This document shows, piece by piece, positions 29,928-39,061 of a DNA stretch of 64,000 nucleotides. This DNA comes from an uncultured Actinomycetota bacterium (lineage in GTDB: Bacteria > Actinomycetota > Actinomycetes > Propionibacteriales > Propionibacteriaceae): assembly GCA_963826405.1 (NCBI GenBank), contig CAWGWR010000009.1:90211-154210 (forward strand), given 5' to 3'. How positions within the stretch are numbered: position 1 is the stretch's first letter; the number at the start of each line of letters is the position of its first letter. The notes beneath the pieces were generated by a model, which had not been told where the DNA came from, ran no database searches, and saw nothing but the letters and a program-made list of their open reading frames with translations. The translations under genes were made by a program, and so were the position numbers.

Positions 29928-31087
29928 GCGCCACCGAGGGCGAGGGCACCTTGGTGCTGGTGCTCAACGCCGGGTCCTCCTCGCTCAAGTTCCAGCTGCT
30001 GGAGCCGTCCGGGGGCCAGGTGCACGCCCGGGGCACCGTGGAGCGGATCGGCGAGGACGGCAGCGACGTCGCCAACCACCACGCGGCGGTCGAACAGGTC
30101 TCGGCCGAGCTCGCCCGGGCCGGGGTCGACCTCGCCACTGCCGGGGTCCGGGCCGTCGGCCACCGGGTGGTGCACGGTGGACCGGACTTCTCCGACCCCG
30201 TCGTGATCGACGACGCCGTGGTCGCCGAGATCGAGGCGCTCAGCCCGCTCGCGCCCCTGCACAACCCCGGGGCGGTCGCCGGCATCAGGGCTGCGCGTGC
30301 TCAGCTGGACGTGCCGCACGTCGCCGTGTTCGACACCGCCTTCTTCGCCACCCTGCCAGCGGCGGCCGCCACCTACGCCCTGCCGCGGGAGCTGGCCGAG
30401 CGGCACCGCATCCGCCGCTACGGCATGCACGGCACCTCCCACAGCTACGTCTCCCGGGCGGTGCCGGAGCTGGTCGGCCGGCCGCTCGCGGAGCTGAACC
30501 AGGTCGTCCTGCACCTCGGCAACGGCTGTTCGGCCTCCGCCGTCCAGGGTGGACGGGCGATCGACACCTCGATGGGCCTCACCCCCCTGCAGGGGCTGGT
30601 GATGGGCACCCGCTCCGGCGACGTCGACCCCGGCCTTCACTCCTACCTGAACCGCGAGGCCGGGCTCACCATCGGTGAGGTCGACGCCCTGCTCAACCAG
30701 CGCTCAGGCCTCCGGGGCCTGAGCGGGGTCAACGACTTCCGACAGCTCCAGCAGCGACGCGGCGAAGGGGACGCGCACGCCGCCCTAGCCTTCGACGTCT
30801 ACGTGCACCGGCTCAAGCACTACCTGGGTGCCTACCTGGTCCAGCTCGGCCGGCTGGACGTGCTGACCTTCACCGCCGGCGTCGGGGAGAACAACCCGGC
30901 CCTGCGTGCGGCCGTGGTCGACGGCCTGGAGGGCCTGGGCCTCGCTGTGGACCCCGCCCGCAACGAGGCCCCCAGCCGCGAGGCCCGGGTGATCTCCCCC
31001 GACGGCTCCCCGGTCACCGTCGCCGTCGTGCCCACCAACGAAGAGCTCGAGATCGCCCGCCAGACCCTCGCCCTGCTGGAGGCCTGA
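29924..31087 (+). CDS. ackA: Acetate kinase
   Basis: VLNAGSSSLK, GHRVVHGG, APLHNP, VFDTAF, RRYGMHGTSH, DTSMGLTPL, FTAGVGEN, PTNEE. Confidence 0.96.
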   Translation: MSATEGEGTLVLVLNAGSSSLKFQLLEPSGGQVHARGTVERIGEDGSDVANHHAAVEQVSAELARAGVDLATAGVRAVGHRVVHGGPDFSDPVVIDDAVVAEIEALSPLAPLHNPGAVAGIRAARAQLDVPHVAVFDTAFFATLPAAAATYALPRELAERHRIRRYGMHGTSHSYVSRAVPELVGRPLAELNQVVLHLGNGCSASAVQGGRAIDTSMGLTPLQGLVMGTRSGDVDPGLHSYLNREAGLTIGEVDALLNQRSGLRGLSGVNDFRQLQQRRGEGDAHAALAFDVYVHRLKHYLGAYLVQLGRLDVLTFTAGVGENNPALRAAVVDGLEGLGLAVDPARNEAPSREARVISPDGSPVTVAVVPTNEELEIARQTLALLEA

Positions 31088-31144
31088 CCGACCGCCCCAC
31101 TCGCGGTACTGGCGTCCACGCACGAGGGAACCGAGGGGAGCAGC

Positions 31145-31320
31145 GGCACGAGGGCACGACGGGGACTCACCGGCACGAAGGCACGAAGGGAACTCACCGG
31201 CGCCGGGCGTGGATGGGTCTGGCGGGAGCCCGCGCACGCGGACACGGGGAAGCAGAAAGCCGTGCGCGGGCGGATGGTTGCCCGGCGCCGGTGAGTGCCC
31301 GCAGTGCCCGGAAGCGCGCC
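31145..31320. repeat. Nested palindrome with tandem 27-bp repeat (REP-like element or structured RNA)
   Basis: 27-bp direct repeats 31145-71 and 31172-98 (24/27 identical); perfect 17-bp inverted repeat 31192-31208 / 31280-31296 enclosing a perfect 11-bp stem 31228-38 / 31261-71. Confidence 0.7.
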
Positions 31321-31345
31321 GGCACGGGGCCCCTAGGCTGCCTCC

Positions 31346-32113
31346 ATGGCCACAGCACTGGTGACGGGCGGCACCTCGGGGATCGGGGCGGCGTTCGCGC
31401 GGGCGTTGGCGGCCCGGGGGGACGACCTGGTGCTCGTCGCCCGGGACGCCGCACGGCTGGAGCAGACCGCGACGGAGCTGACCGAGCGCTTCGGGATCGC
31501 GGTCGAGGTGCTTCCCGCGGACCTGGCGGCCCGGCAGGACCTCGAGCGGGTCGCGGCGCGGCTGGGCGAGGTGGAGCGGCCGGTGGACCTGCTGGTCAAC
31601 AACGCGGGCTTCGGCATCCGCCAGCGCCTCACCGACGAGGACCTGTCGGGGTTGGAGCACGGCTTCGACGTCATGGTGCACGCGGTGCTCGTGCTGGCGG
31701 CGGCCGCCGGGCGCGCGATGACGGCCCGCGGACAGGGTGCCATCGTCAACGTCGGCAGCACCGCCGGCTACGTCACCATGGGCGGCTACTCCGCTCTCAA
31801 GGCCTTTGTCGGCGTCTACACCGAGGGGTTGGCCAACGAGCTGCACGGCACCGGCGTGAGCGCCACCGTCCTGTGCCCGGGCTGGGTGCGGACGGAGTTC
31901 CACGAGCGCGCAGAGATCGGCACCGGGTCGATCCCCTCCTGGATGTGGCTGGACGCCGACCGGCTGGTGGCCGACTGCCTGCGCGATGTCGCCGCAGGGA
32001 AGGTGATCTCGATCCCGTCGCGGCGTTACCAGGCTCTGATCCTCCTCGCCCGGCTCGCTCCGCGGCCGCTGGTGCGCCGCGCCTCGCGCCTGTTGTCGAC
32101 AGGACGGCACTGA
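31346..32113 (+). CDS. Classical SDR oxidoreductase, likely NADP(H)-dependent
   Basis: TGGTSGIG, VARD, NNAG, YSALK (YxxxK); TAGGCT -10 six nt before the ATG. Confidence 0.9.
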   Translation: MATALVTGGTSGIGAAFARALAARGDDLVLVARDAARLEQTATELTERFGIAVEVLPADLAARQDLERVAARLGEVERPVDLLVNNAGFGIRQRLTDEDLSGLEHGFDVMVHAVLVLAAAAGRAMTARGQGAIVNVGSTAGYVTMGGYSALKAFVGVYTEGLANELHGTGVSATVLCPGWVRTEFHERAEIGTGSIPSWMWLDADRLVADCLRDVAAGKVISIPSRRYQALILLARLAPRPLVRRASRLLSTGRH

Positions 32114-32198
32114 CCCGACCTGCGGCTCCCTCGCCGACGCGCGTCCTCGCGGGGCCGACGGGATGAAGACTGTCGGACGGTTCCGATACTGTGTTGAC

Positions 32199-32879
32199 GT
32201 GCCCAGCCGCAGCCGTTACACCTCGCCCGTGCACGCTGGGGCGCGGTTCATCGCCCAGCGGCTGATCCTCAAACCGGCCATCTGGCGCATGACCAGGGTG
32301 ACCGTGCTCGGCGAGGAGAACCTCGCGGGCGTCTCCGGTCCGTATGTGGTGGTGTCCAACCACAGCTCCCACCTCGATGCCCCGCTGATCATCTCGGCGC
32401 TGCCGCGCAAGCTCTCCCGCTACGTCGCCGCCGGAGCCGCTGCGGACTACTTCTTCGACGTCTGGTGGCGCAAGGGCCTCACCTCGCTGTTCTTCAACGC
32501 CTTCCCGGTTGACCGCACGGGGCTCCGGGGCCGCAAGGGCCTGGCCACCAGCCTGCTCGACGACGGCGTCCCCCTCCTGCTGTTTCCCGAGGGCACCCGC
32601 TCGCGGACGGGTGAGATGGGCTCGTTCAAGCCCGGCGCCGCCGCGCTCTGCGTCAGCCGCGACGTACCCTGTCTGCCGGTGGCCATCGTGGGCGCCTCGG
32701 AGGCCATGCCGCATGGCCGGAGCTGGCCCGACCGTGGCCGGCCGCCGGTCTACGTCACCTTCGGGGAGCCGCTGCGACCGGAGGAGGGCGAGAAGGTCGC
32801 CCAGTTCTCCGAGCGGATCGCCAAGGAAGTGCGCAGCCTGTACGACTACACCACCAGCTACCGCGAGGACCACGCCTGA
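32199..32879 (+). CDS. PlsC-family lysophospholipid/glycerolipid acyltransferase
   Basis: NHSSHLD (HX4D), AAADYFF, FPVDR, FPEGTRS. Start uncertain (ATG 32163 or GTG 32199). Confidence 0.9.
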   Translation: MPSRSRYTSPVHAGARFIAQRLILKPAIWRMTRVTVLGEENLAGVSGPYVVVSNHSSHLDAPLIISALPRKLSRYVAAGAAADYFFDVWWRKGLTSLFFNAFPVDRTGLRGRKGLATSLLDDGVPLLLFPEGTRSRTGEMGSFKPGAAALCVSRDVPCLPVAIVGASEAMPHGRSWPDRGRPPVYVTFGEPLRPEEGEKVAQFSERIAKEVRSLYDYTTSYREDHA

Positions 32880-32955
32880 CCAGGCCGTGCCGAGCACCGT
32901 CGGCACGCCGGGGGCAGCACCGGGACCCTCCCGGACGAGGAGAAGGAGTGCGGCC

Positions 32956-34647
32956 ATGCCCGCCGTTCAGCACATGAAGTGGTACGGCTGGGGCGTTGAA
33001 GGCGTCAGCTTCCACCACGAGGACAAGCCAGGCCTGCAGCCTTTTGTGCAGGAGATCATCGACCTCGACCTGAACACCCCGCCAGGCCGCAGGACCCAGC
33101 TCTCCGACCTCGACATCCCCGCACCGTTGATCGGCGACGAGCTGCTCGAGCAGCTGCGCGGCATCGTCGGAGCGGAGAACGCCGTCACCGAGGACGAGGA
33201 CCGCGTCGTCCACACCTACGGCAAGAGCATCCGCGACCTCATGCGGCTGCGCGGCAACGACCTGCCTCGTGTCCCTGACGTCATCCTCTACCCGGGCGAC
33301 GAGGCCGAGGTGCAGCAGGTCGTCGACGCCGCGATCGCCGCTGACGCGGTGCTGATCCCCTTCGGTGGCGGCAGCAACATCGTCGGCAGCCTGCAGCCCC
33401 CGGAGGCGGAGACCCGCCCCGTACTCAGCCTGGACCTTGGTCGTCTCACCCGGGTGCTCGAGGTCGACGAGGAGTCCGGCCTGGCCCGGATCCAGGCGGG
33501 GGCGCTCGGTCCCGACCTCGAGGGCCAGCTGAACGCCCGCGGCTGGACGCTGGGGCACTTCCCGGACAGCTTCACCCACTCCACACTCGGGGGCTGGGTG
33601 GCCACCCGGTCCTCGGGCATGCAGTCCGACAAGTACGGCGACATCGCCGACATCACCCGCGGCCTGCGGATGGTCATGCCGGGCCGGGTCCTGGAGCTGC
33701 ACGCCCTGCCCAGCACCTCCAGCGGTCCCAGCGTCCGCGAGATGGTGCTCGGTTCCGAGGGCCGGCTCGGGGTCATCACCGAGGTCACCGTGCAGGTGCA
33801 CCGCGTGCCCGAGGAGCGCGTGATCCTCGGTTACCTGTTCCCCTCCTTCGAGGCCGGCGTCGCCGCCATGCAGGAGATCTCGACCAGCGACGCCTCGCCG
33901 TCGGTCACCCGGGTGTCCGACGCCGGGGAGACGCGCTTCTCCTTCTCCACGCGCAAGAAGTCCAAGGGCGTCTCGGTGTCCGGTCTGGTGAGCAAGGGCC
34001 TGTTCAAGGTGCTCGAGCGCCGGGGGTGGGACCTCAGCGCCGTCTGCCTCTCCTTCGTGGGCTACGAGGGCGGTCCCGACCACGTCTCCCGTCAGAAGGC
34101 GATCGTCAAGAAGATCATCGCCAAGCACGGCGGCATCACCCTGGGCAAGGGTCCCGGCGAGCTGTACGACCAGAAGAAGTTCGACACGCCCTACATCCGG
34201 GATTTCCTGCTGGACCGCGGCGCCGCGGCCGACGTCTCCGAGACGGCCGCTCCGTGGTCGCAGCTGGTGCCGATGTACGAGAACGTCACGGCCGCCGCCC
34301 GCAAGGCGTTCGCCCAGATCGGCGTCCAGGGCTGGATCATGTGCCACCTGTCGCACAGCTACCACTCGGGCGCCTGCCTGTACTTCACCTTCGCGTTCCG
34401 GCACGACGACGACGAACCGCTCGTCCGCTACGACATCGTGAAGTCGGCGATCCAGCAGGCGTTCGTCGACACCCATGGCACGCTCTCGCACCACCACGGA
34501 GTCGGGACCGAGCACGCTCCCTGGTTGAAGCAGGACATCTCCCCTGCCGGTGTGGACCTGATGGAGAGCCTCTTCGCCGGCGTCGACCCGGGTCGCAACC
34601 TCAACCCGGGCAAGATCACGGCAGCCCCGCCGACCTCGCGCGCCTGA
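32956..34647 (+). CDS. agpS: Alkyl-dihydroxyacetonephosphate synthase-like FAD protein
   Basis: MKWYGWG, PFGGGSNI, GHFPDS..STLGGWVATRSSG, GSEGRLGVITE, GACLYFTF, LSHHHGVG; AAGGAG RBS. Confidence 0.85.
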   Translation: MPAVQHMKWYGWGVEGVSFHHEDKPGLQPFVQEIIDLDLNTPPGRRTQLSDLDIPAPLIGDELLEQLRGIVGAENAVTEDEDRVVHTYGKSIRDLMRLRGNDLPRVPDVILYPGDEAEVQQVVDAAIAADAVLIPFGGGSNIVGSLQPPEAETRPVLSLDLGRLTRVLEVDEESGLARIQAGALGPDLEGQLNARGWTLGHFPDSFTHSTLGGWVATRSSGMQSDKYGDIADITRGLRMVMPGRVLELHALPSTSSGPSVREMVLGSEGRLGVITEVTVQVHRVPEERVILGYLFPSFEAGVAAMQEISTSDASPSVTRVSDAGETRFSFSTRKKSKGVSVSGLVSKGLFKVLERRGWDLSAVCLSFVGYEGGPDHVSRQKAIVKKIIAKHGGITLGKGPGELYDQKKFDTPYIRDFLLDRGAAADVSETAAPWSQLVPMYENVTAAARKAFAQIGVQGWIMCHLSHSYHSGACLYFTFAFRHDDDEPLVRYDIVKSAIQQAFVDTHGTLSHHHGVGTEHAPWLKQDISPAGVDLMESLFAGVDPGRNLNPGKITAAPPTSRA

Positions 34648-34907
34648 CACCTCTCCCCTGACGCGATGTCGGCCGCGCTGGGACGTTGCCAACCTGGTAC
34701 CGGTCCGGCCCTCTGCCCACCGGTCCCGCGCGGCTAGCCTGGAAGGCGCAGCACGCAGAGGCGGGGGATGGGCTCAGGACCGGGGGGTCCCGAACGCCCG
34801 GGGTAGGTGGAACGCACTCGGCCTTCCCGCGTTCCCCGCGCGGTCTGGCCGATCCCCTGTGCGGGCGCCTATCCCGGGTCAGGGAAGGGCGAGGACGCCC
34901 CCAGTCC

Positions 34908-36638
34908 TCAGAGGACGTCACCGGGCAGAGGCAGTGTGGCCTCCGGCTGGATGAGCTCATCGGGCGGGAGAGCCACTTCCTGCAACAGTTCCGGCTCCTC
35001 CGGGGGCTCCGGCGCCTCCGGATCCGCGGGCACGTCGGCCTTCGGGAACCCGCGGGGGTCGAACGCTCCGGCCTTGACGATGAGGTCGCCGACGGCGAAA
35101 CCCGAGCCCGGGTTGAAGCGGGGGTTGAGCGTGAAGTACGAGGTCGGGTCCATGGCCAGCAGCCCGAGGAACACCTCGGCGACGATGCGACCACCGACGG
35201 GCCCGAGCCGCTGGCCGCCGCTGAGCTCAGCCTCCTTGAGGATGTAGTACCAAAGCGGCGCCTTCTTGGTCCAGTCCTTCTCTGTCAGCCCCAGCTGCTC
35301 ATTGGTGAGGGGCTTGACCCCCATCGCCATCGCGACGTCCTGACCGCACGGCAGCCCGATCCGCTTGCCGCGCAACAGGTTCCGCTCGGCGAGGGCGACG
35401 ATGGCGCCAGCGGTCGGAGCCACCACGGTGGACGGCAGGGTCGAGAGCGGCAGGGAGATCTGCGTGTCGATGCGCCGGGCCATGTTGCGGTCGTCCGGGC
35501 TCTCCAGCCCCGGGATGTCGAAGAAGTAGTTCCAGTCCACCCACAGGTCGTGCGGTATGGGCCGGTTGCCGCGCAGGTCCTCGTAGCCGTCGCGGGCGAA
35601 GATCGGCACCGTGTGCTGGTCCTGCACCTCGTACTCGGCCCGGATCATCGAGTGCCCGTAGCGGTAGGCAGCCCCGGAGAACTCAATGGGCATGTACGGG
35701 TTGGCCTTGTTGCGAGGGAGGTAGCAGGTGTTCCGAGCGGTCAGAGTTCCGTCGGAACGCCGCGTCAGGATCGAGTCGACCATCTTCTGGCCAACGATGC
35801 GGGGCAGGAAGTCGTGGACGATCAGCCACTGGAAGTGGAAGCGCGTCTGCTTCCGGGCCTCCTCGAAGCTGAGCCCCGAGTCGCGCAGCGTGTTGTGCAG
35901 ACGCAGGAACACGGTGTGCAGCTGGGCCACGATCAGGTTCTCGTCGTTGCGCGGGTCGCCCAGGAAGGCCTTGCCGACCTCGTCACGCGGCAGGTCCACC
36001 AGACCGTCGTGCTCGTGCACCAGCAGGTAGCCGGGTCGGGCCGGGTCGTAGAGCTCGGGGCTGGCCGCGGGTCCCCCACCGTAGACACTGCCCAGGTCGA
36101 AGCGCGGTGAGTCGAAGTTCTTGGTGGCACGCGGGTCCTTCTGCTGCAGGCTCAGCGGTGTCTTGTCCAGGGTGATGTCGTGGTCGGCGAACTGCCCGAA
36201 GTAGATGTAGCCCGCCGGCATCGACGTGTCGTACTCGGCGTCGCTGAACCGGACATCGGACAACGGGGCCTTGCCGTCGTTCATCCGCTTGGCCAAGGCC
36301 TTGAGCAGCGTGTCGGAGGGCTCGTAGGCCGGTAGCTTCTTGAACATCAGACCGAACCGTGCCTCCTGGCCACGGCCGAGCTTGGCGGCGACGTCGAGAC
36401 CGCGGAGCCCCTGACCGTGCGTGCCCTTCAGCGCCCGACGGCGAGCGGCGACGGCGCGGAGGGTGCCGACGGGGCCGGCGTGGATCCCCCCGGCCACCAG
36501 GGCGGCGAGGGCGCCACCCAGGACGGTGCGCCGGCGGACCTGGCCCGCTGCGCCGGAAGCGTCCTCCGGTGCAGAGGCGGGACCGGCGGCGGTCCGTCCG
36601 GTGAACGGGCAGGTCGCGCCTGGTGCACGGTTGAGCAT
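34908..36638 (-). CDS. Tat-exported animal-type heme peroxidase (peroxidase-cyclooxygenase superfamily)
   Basis: FGQFADHDIT, FDLGSVYG, GDPRNDENL, LHTVFLRLHN, AAYRYGHSM, RNLLRG, PLWYYILKEAE, GPVGGRIVAE; RRRTVL Tat motif. Confidence 0.88.
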   Translation of the reverse strand: MLNRAPGATCPFTGRTAAGPASAPEDASGAAGQVRRRTVLGGALAALVAGGIHAGPVGTLRAVAARRRALKGTHGQGLRGLDVAAKLGRGQEARFGLMFKKLPAYEPSDTLLKALAKRMNDGKAPLSDVRFSDAEYDTSMPAGYIYFGQFADHDITLDKTPLSLQQKDPRATKNFDSPRFDLGSVYGGGPAASPELYDPARPGYLLVHEHDGLVDLPRDEVGKAFLGDPRNDENLIVAQLHTVFLRLHNTLRDSGLSFEEARKQTRFHFQWLIVHDFLPRIVGQKMVDSILTRRSDGTLTARNTCYLPRNKANPYMPIEFSGAAYRYGHSMIRAEYEVQDQHTVPIFARDGYEDLRGNRPIPHDLWVDWNYFFDIPGLESPDDRNMARRIDTQISLPLSTLPSTVVAPTAGAIVALAERNLLRGKRIGLPCGQDVAMAMGVKPLTNEQLGLTEKDWTKKAPLWYYILKEAELSGGQRLGPVGGRIVAEVFLGLLAMDPTSYFTLNPRFNPGSGFAVGDLIVKAGAFDPRGFPKADVPADPEAPEPPEEPELLQEVALPPDELIQPEATLPLPGDVL

Positions 36639-36695
36639 GGTCGGTTCTTCCCCCTGTGGATTCGACTGGTACCAGTCTGGCCTCGACCGGCTCCG

Positions 36696-36748
36696 GCAGC
36701 AGACGTTTTGAGGGGTTCCCCTACCCCCCTGAGTGGGGGGGTGTGCCA
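36696..36748 (-). promoter_or_regulatory. Shared upstream motif, copy 1 (before peroxidase)
   Basis: GCAGCAGACGT-...GGGG...CCCC-ACCCCCCTGAGTGGGGGGG-TGTGCCA; near-identical to 38840-38891. Confidence 0.7.
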
Positions 36749-37009
36749 CCGTATGAAGGGCTTCGCCCTCCACCCGAAGCGGCAGAGGGCCCGCCGCGGG
36801 GAACGGCGAGCCCTCACCCAGCTGTCCGGAGCAGGCCGCCCTCAGGGGATGAGAGGGCCGCTCTCAGCTCAGCCGAGCACCCGTAGGTGCGGCGGACCCA
36901 CGTCGCGGATCAGTCGCCCCCACAACGGTTGCGCGCACCACGATCCTCGGTGCCGGACCGGGGCACCACGCCTACCGGAGGGTGGTCGGGCACCCCCTCG
37001 ATGAGGGGG

Positions 37010-37639
37010 TCAGTCGTCCAGCAGGCCGAGGTCGCGTGCCTTGAGCACGGCGTCGAGCTGACTGGTGGCTCCCAGCTTCTGGCGCACCGTCTTGACGTAG
37101 CCGCGAGCGGTGTTGACGGTGATGCCGAGCACGGGAGCCAGGTCCTTCACGGCGGTGCCGGCCGCGAGCTGGCGCAGCACGTCGACTTCGCGCCGGCTGA
37201 GCTCGGGAACCTCACGAACGGCTGGCTGGCTGGCTGGCGCGGCGAAGGCCGACGGGGCCACCACCAGCTGACCTCGCTGCAAACCGCCCAGGACGTCGAG
37301 CATCTCCTGCAACGAGCCGTTCTTGGGCACGAAGGCCGAGGCGCCCGCCTGGGCGGCTCGGCTGACCCACTCCGGGGAGGCGTGAGCGGTGAGAACGGCC
37401 ACAAGTGCGTCCGGTGCCACCTCGCGTACGCGCTTGGTGGCCACCAGGCCGTCCTCCCGGGGCATCTGGATGTCCATGACCACGACGTCGGGCTGCAGCT
37501 TCCGCGCCATCGCCACACCTTCAGCCGCCGAGCCCGCCACGCCGACGCAGCGCAGTCCAGGCGTCAGGTCCAGCGCGACCGACAGCATCTCCGCGAAAGA
37601 ACGGTGGTCATCGACCACCAGGACGGTCCGCTCGGACAC
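37010..37639 (-). CDS. NarL/LuxR-family response regulator (orphan)
   Basis: VLVVDDH, DVVVMDIQMP, LTA, FVPK, C-terminal LuxR HTH (LSRREVDVL..LA.G..VKDLA..LGI). Start uncertain. Confidence 0.9.
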   Translation of the reverse strand: MSERTVLVVDDHRSFAEMLSVALDLTPGLRCVGVAGSAAEGVAMARKLQPDVVVMDIQMPREDGLVATKRVREVAPDALVAVLTAHASPEWVSRAAQAGASAFVPKNGSLQEMLDVLGGLQRGQLVVAPSAFAAPASQPAVREVPELSRREVDVLRQLAAGTAVKDLAPVLGITVNTARGYVKTVRQKLGATSQLDAVLKARDLGLLDD

Positions 37640-37757
37640 AGGGCTTCCGGGGTCTTCCTCCAGCACGTCGTCCACCTTCTCCCGCTCGCCGTCGGCAACC
37701 TCGATCCTGACACAAGGCCAGAGCCGCCGGCTGCGGGGTGCCCGTGCCGGGGCTGGC

Positions 37758-38747
37758 TCAGAAGCCGGTCGGGAGCACAGCGCCCAGGGCGAGCAGGGCC
37801 ACCAGGACGACGACCTCACCGGCCACCAGCGCCAGGAGCAGCACGGTGCGGCCGTCGCTGACCACGTCCAGGGTGCGGCCGCGGTGCCGGTGACCCACCA
37901 GGGTGATCAGGGCGATGCCGACCAGCTGAGCGAGGACCACCAGCGGCGACGGGGCTGCATCCGGCAGGAGCACCCCGGCGAGCACGACGGCCACTCCGGT
38001 CAGGAGGGCGGCCGCCGTCACCAGGGACCCGTAGCGCGTCAGGTGGTGACGGAGCAGGTAGGGGGGCGTACGGAGGTGAGCGACGGCGGAGACCACCCCG
38101 AGCCAGGCGGCCAGGGCCAGCACCTGGACGGTGCCCACGACCACGAGGGCCGGGTGGGCGATCTCGGCGTGCCCGTGAGCCAGCGCGGAGTCAGCGGGCA
38201 GCCCGGCCACCAGGGTGGTCCCGGTCAGGACCAGCAGGGCCCCGGACTCGCGCCAAGCGCCCAGTCGAGGAGCGAACAGGGCCACCAGCAGCGAGACCCA
38301 GAGCACGGCCAACCCGGTGCGCACAGCATCGCTGGCCGCAGCCACCGCGACGAGGTTGTCGACGCCACTCAGCTGGTAGAAAGGCACCCCGTACAGCCCC
38401 TGCAGCGTGTGCACCAGGCCCGCGGCCGTCGCGGCCGCCCACACCCAGGCCCAGCGGCTCGCCCAGGTCAGCAGGTGGTGACCGGCAATGGTGCGGAAGC
38501 GACCTCCGACAACCAGGCGCAGGGAGACCAGCCCGAGCACCGGAACCGCCGGCAGCAGGAAGAGGGCCTCGGCCGGCGGCAGCTGCCACGACAGCGGGAC
38601 CGCGGTGCTCTGCTCCCACCAGCGCAGCGCCAGCAAGGCGGCGAGGGCGAGCAGGGCCGCCGAGGTGAGCAGCCCCGTCATCCCGCCGGTCAACAACCGG
38701 ACGCGGGTGCGGGTGTCGAGGACAGCACGCTGAGCGAGGTAGGACAT
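37758..38747 (-). CDS. CopD-like polytopic membrane protein
   Basis: About eight hydrophobic segments, AHGHAEIAH followed by LALAAWLG..LRRHL.RYG, resembling degenerate actinobacterial CopD; AGGAG RBS. Confidence 0.6.
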   Translation of the reverse strand: MSYLAQRAVLDTRTRVRLLTGGMTGLLTSAALLALAALLALRWWEQSTAVPLSWQLPPAEALFLLPAVPVLGLVSLRLVVGGRFRTIAGHHLLTWASRWAWVWAAATAAGLVHTLQGLYGVPFYQLSGVDNLVAVAAASDAVRTGLAVLWVSLLVALFAPRLGAWRESGALLVLTGTTLVAGLPADSALAHGHAEIAHPALVVVGTVQVLALAAWLGVVSAVAHLRTPPYLLRHHLTRYGSLVTAAALLTGVAVVLAGVLLPDAAPSPLVVLAQLVGIALITLVGHRHRGRTLDVVSDGRTVLLLALVAGEVVVLVALLALGAVLPTGF

Positions 38748-38839
38748 CGGGACTCCTGGTCGGACGTGGCGGGAGATTCGGGAGTGGTGCCGGAGGTGCG
38801 CGAATCGACAGGTCCCAGCCTGCCGCTCACGCGGGTCCC

Positions 38840-38891
38840 GCAGCAGACGTCTTCGGGGGGATCTCCCCACCCCCTGAGTGGGGGGGTGCCA
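38840..38891 (-). promoter_or_regulatory. Shared upstream motif, copy 2 (before CopD-like gene)
   Basis: GCAGCAGACGT-...GGGGGG...CCCC-ACCCCCTGAGTGGGGGGG-TGCCA. Confidence 0.7.
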
Positions 38892-39061
38892 ACCTGCGCC
38901 TCGGCCTGGACGGCTCAACAGCCATGAGGTGGCGAGTCGATCGCGCGGACCGGGAGGCTCGAGGACCTCAGCCCATCGATGAGCATCCGCTCGTTCACCT
39001 GGTGGTCCCTGGCGGTGCCCGGTGTCAGCCCATCGTGGCTGCGTCGTGACCAGACCAGCCG

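Noticed and set aside
31145-31198. 27-bp direct repeats as a possible CRISPR array
   Set aside because: Only two abutting copies, no spacers, no cas genes.
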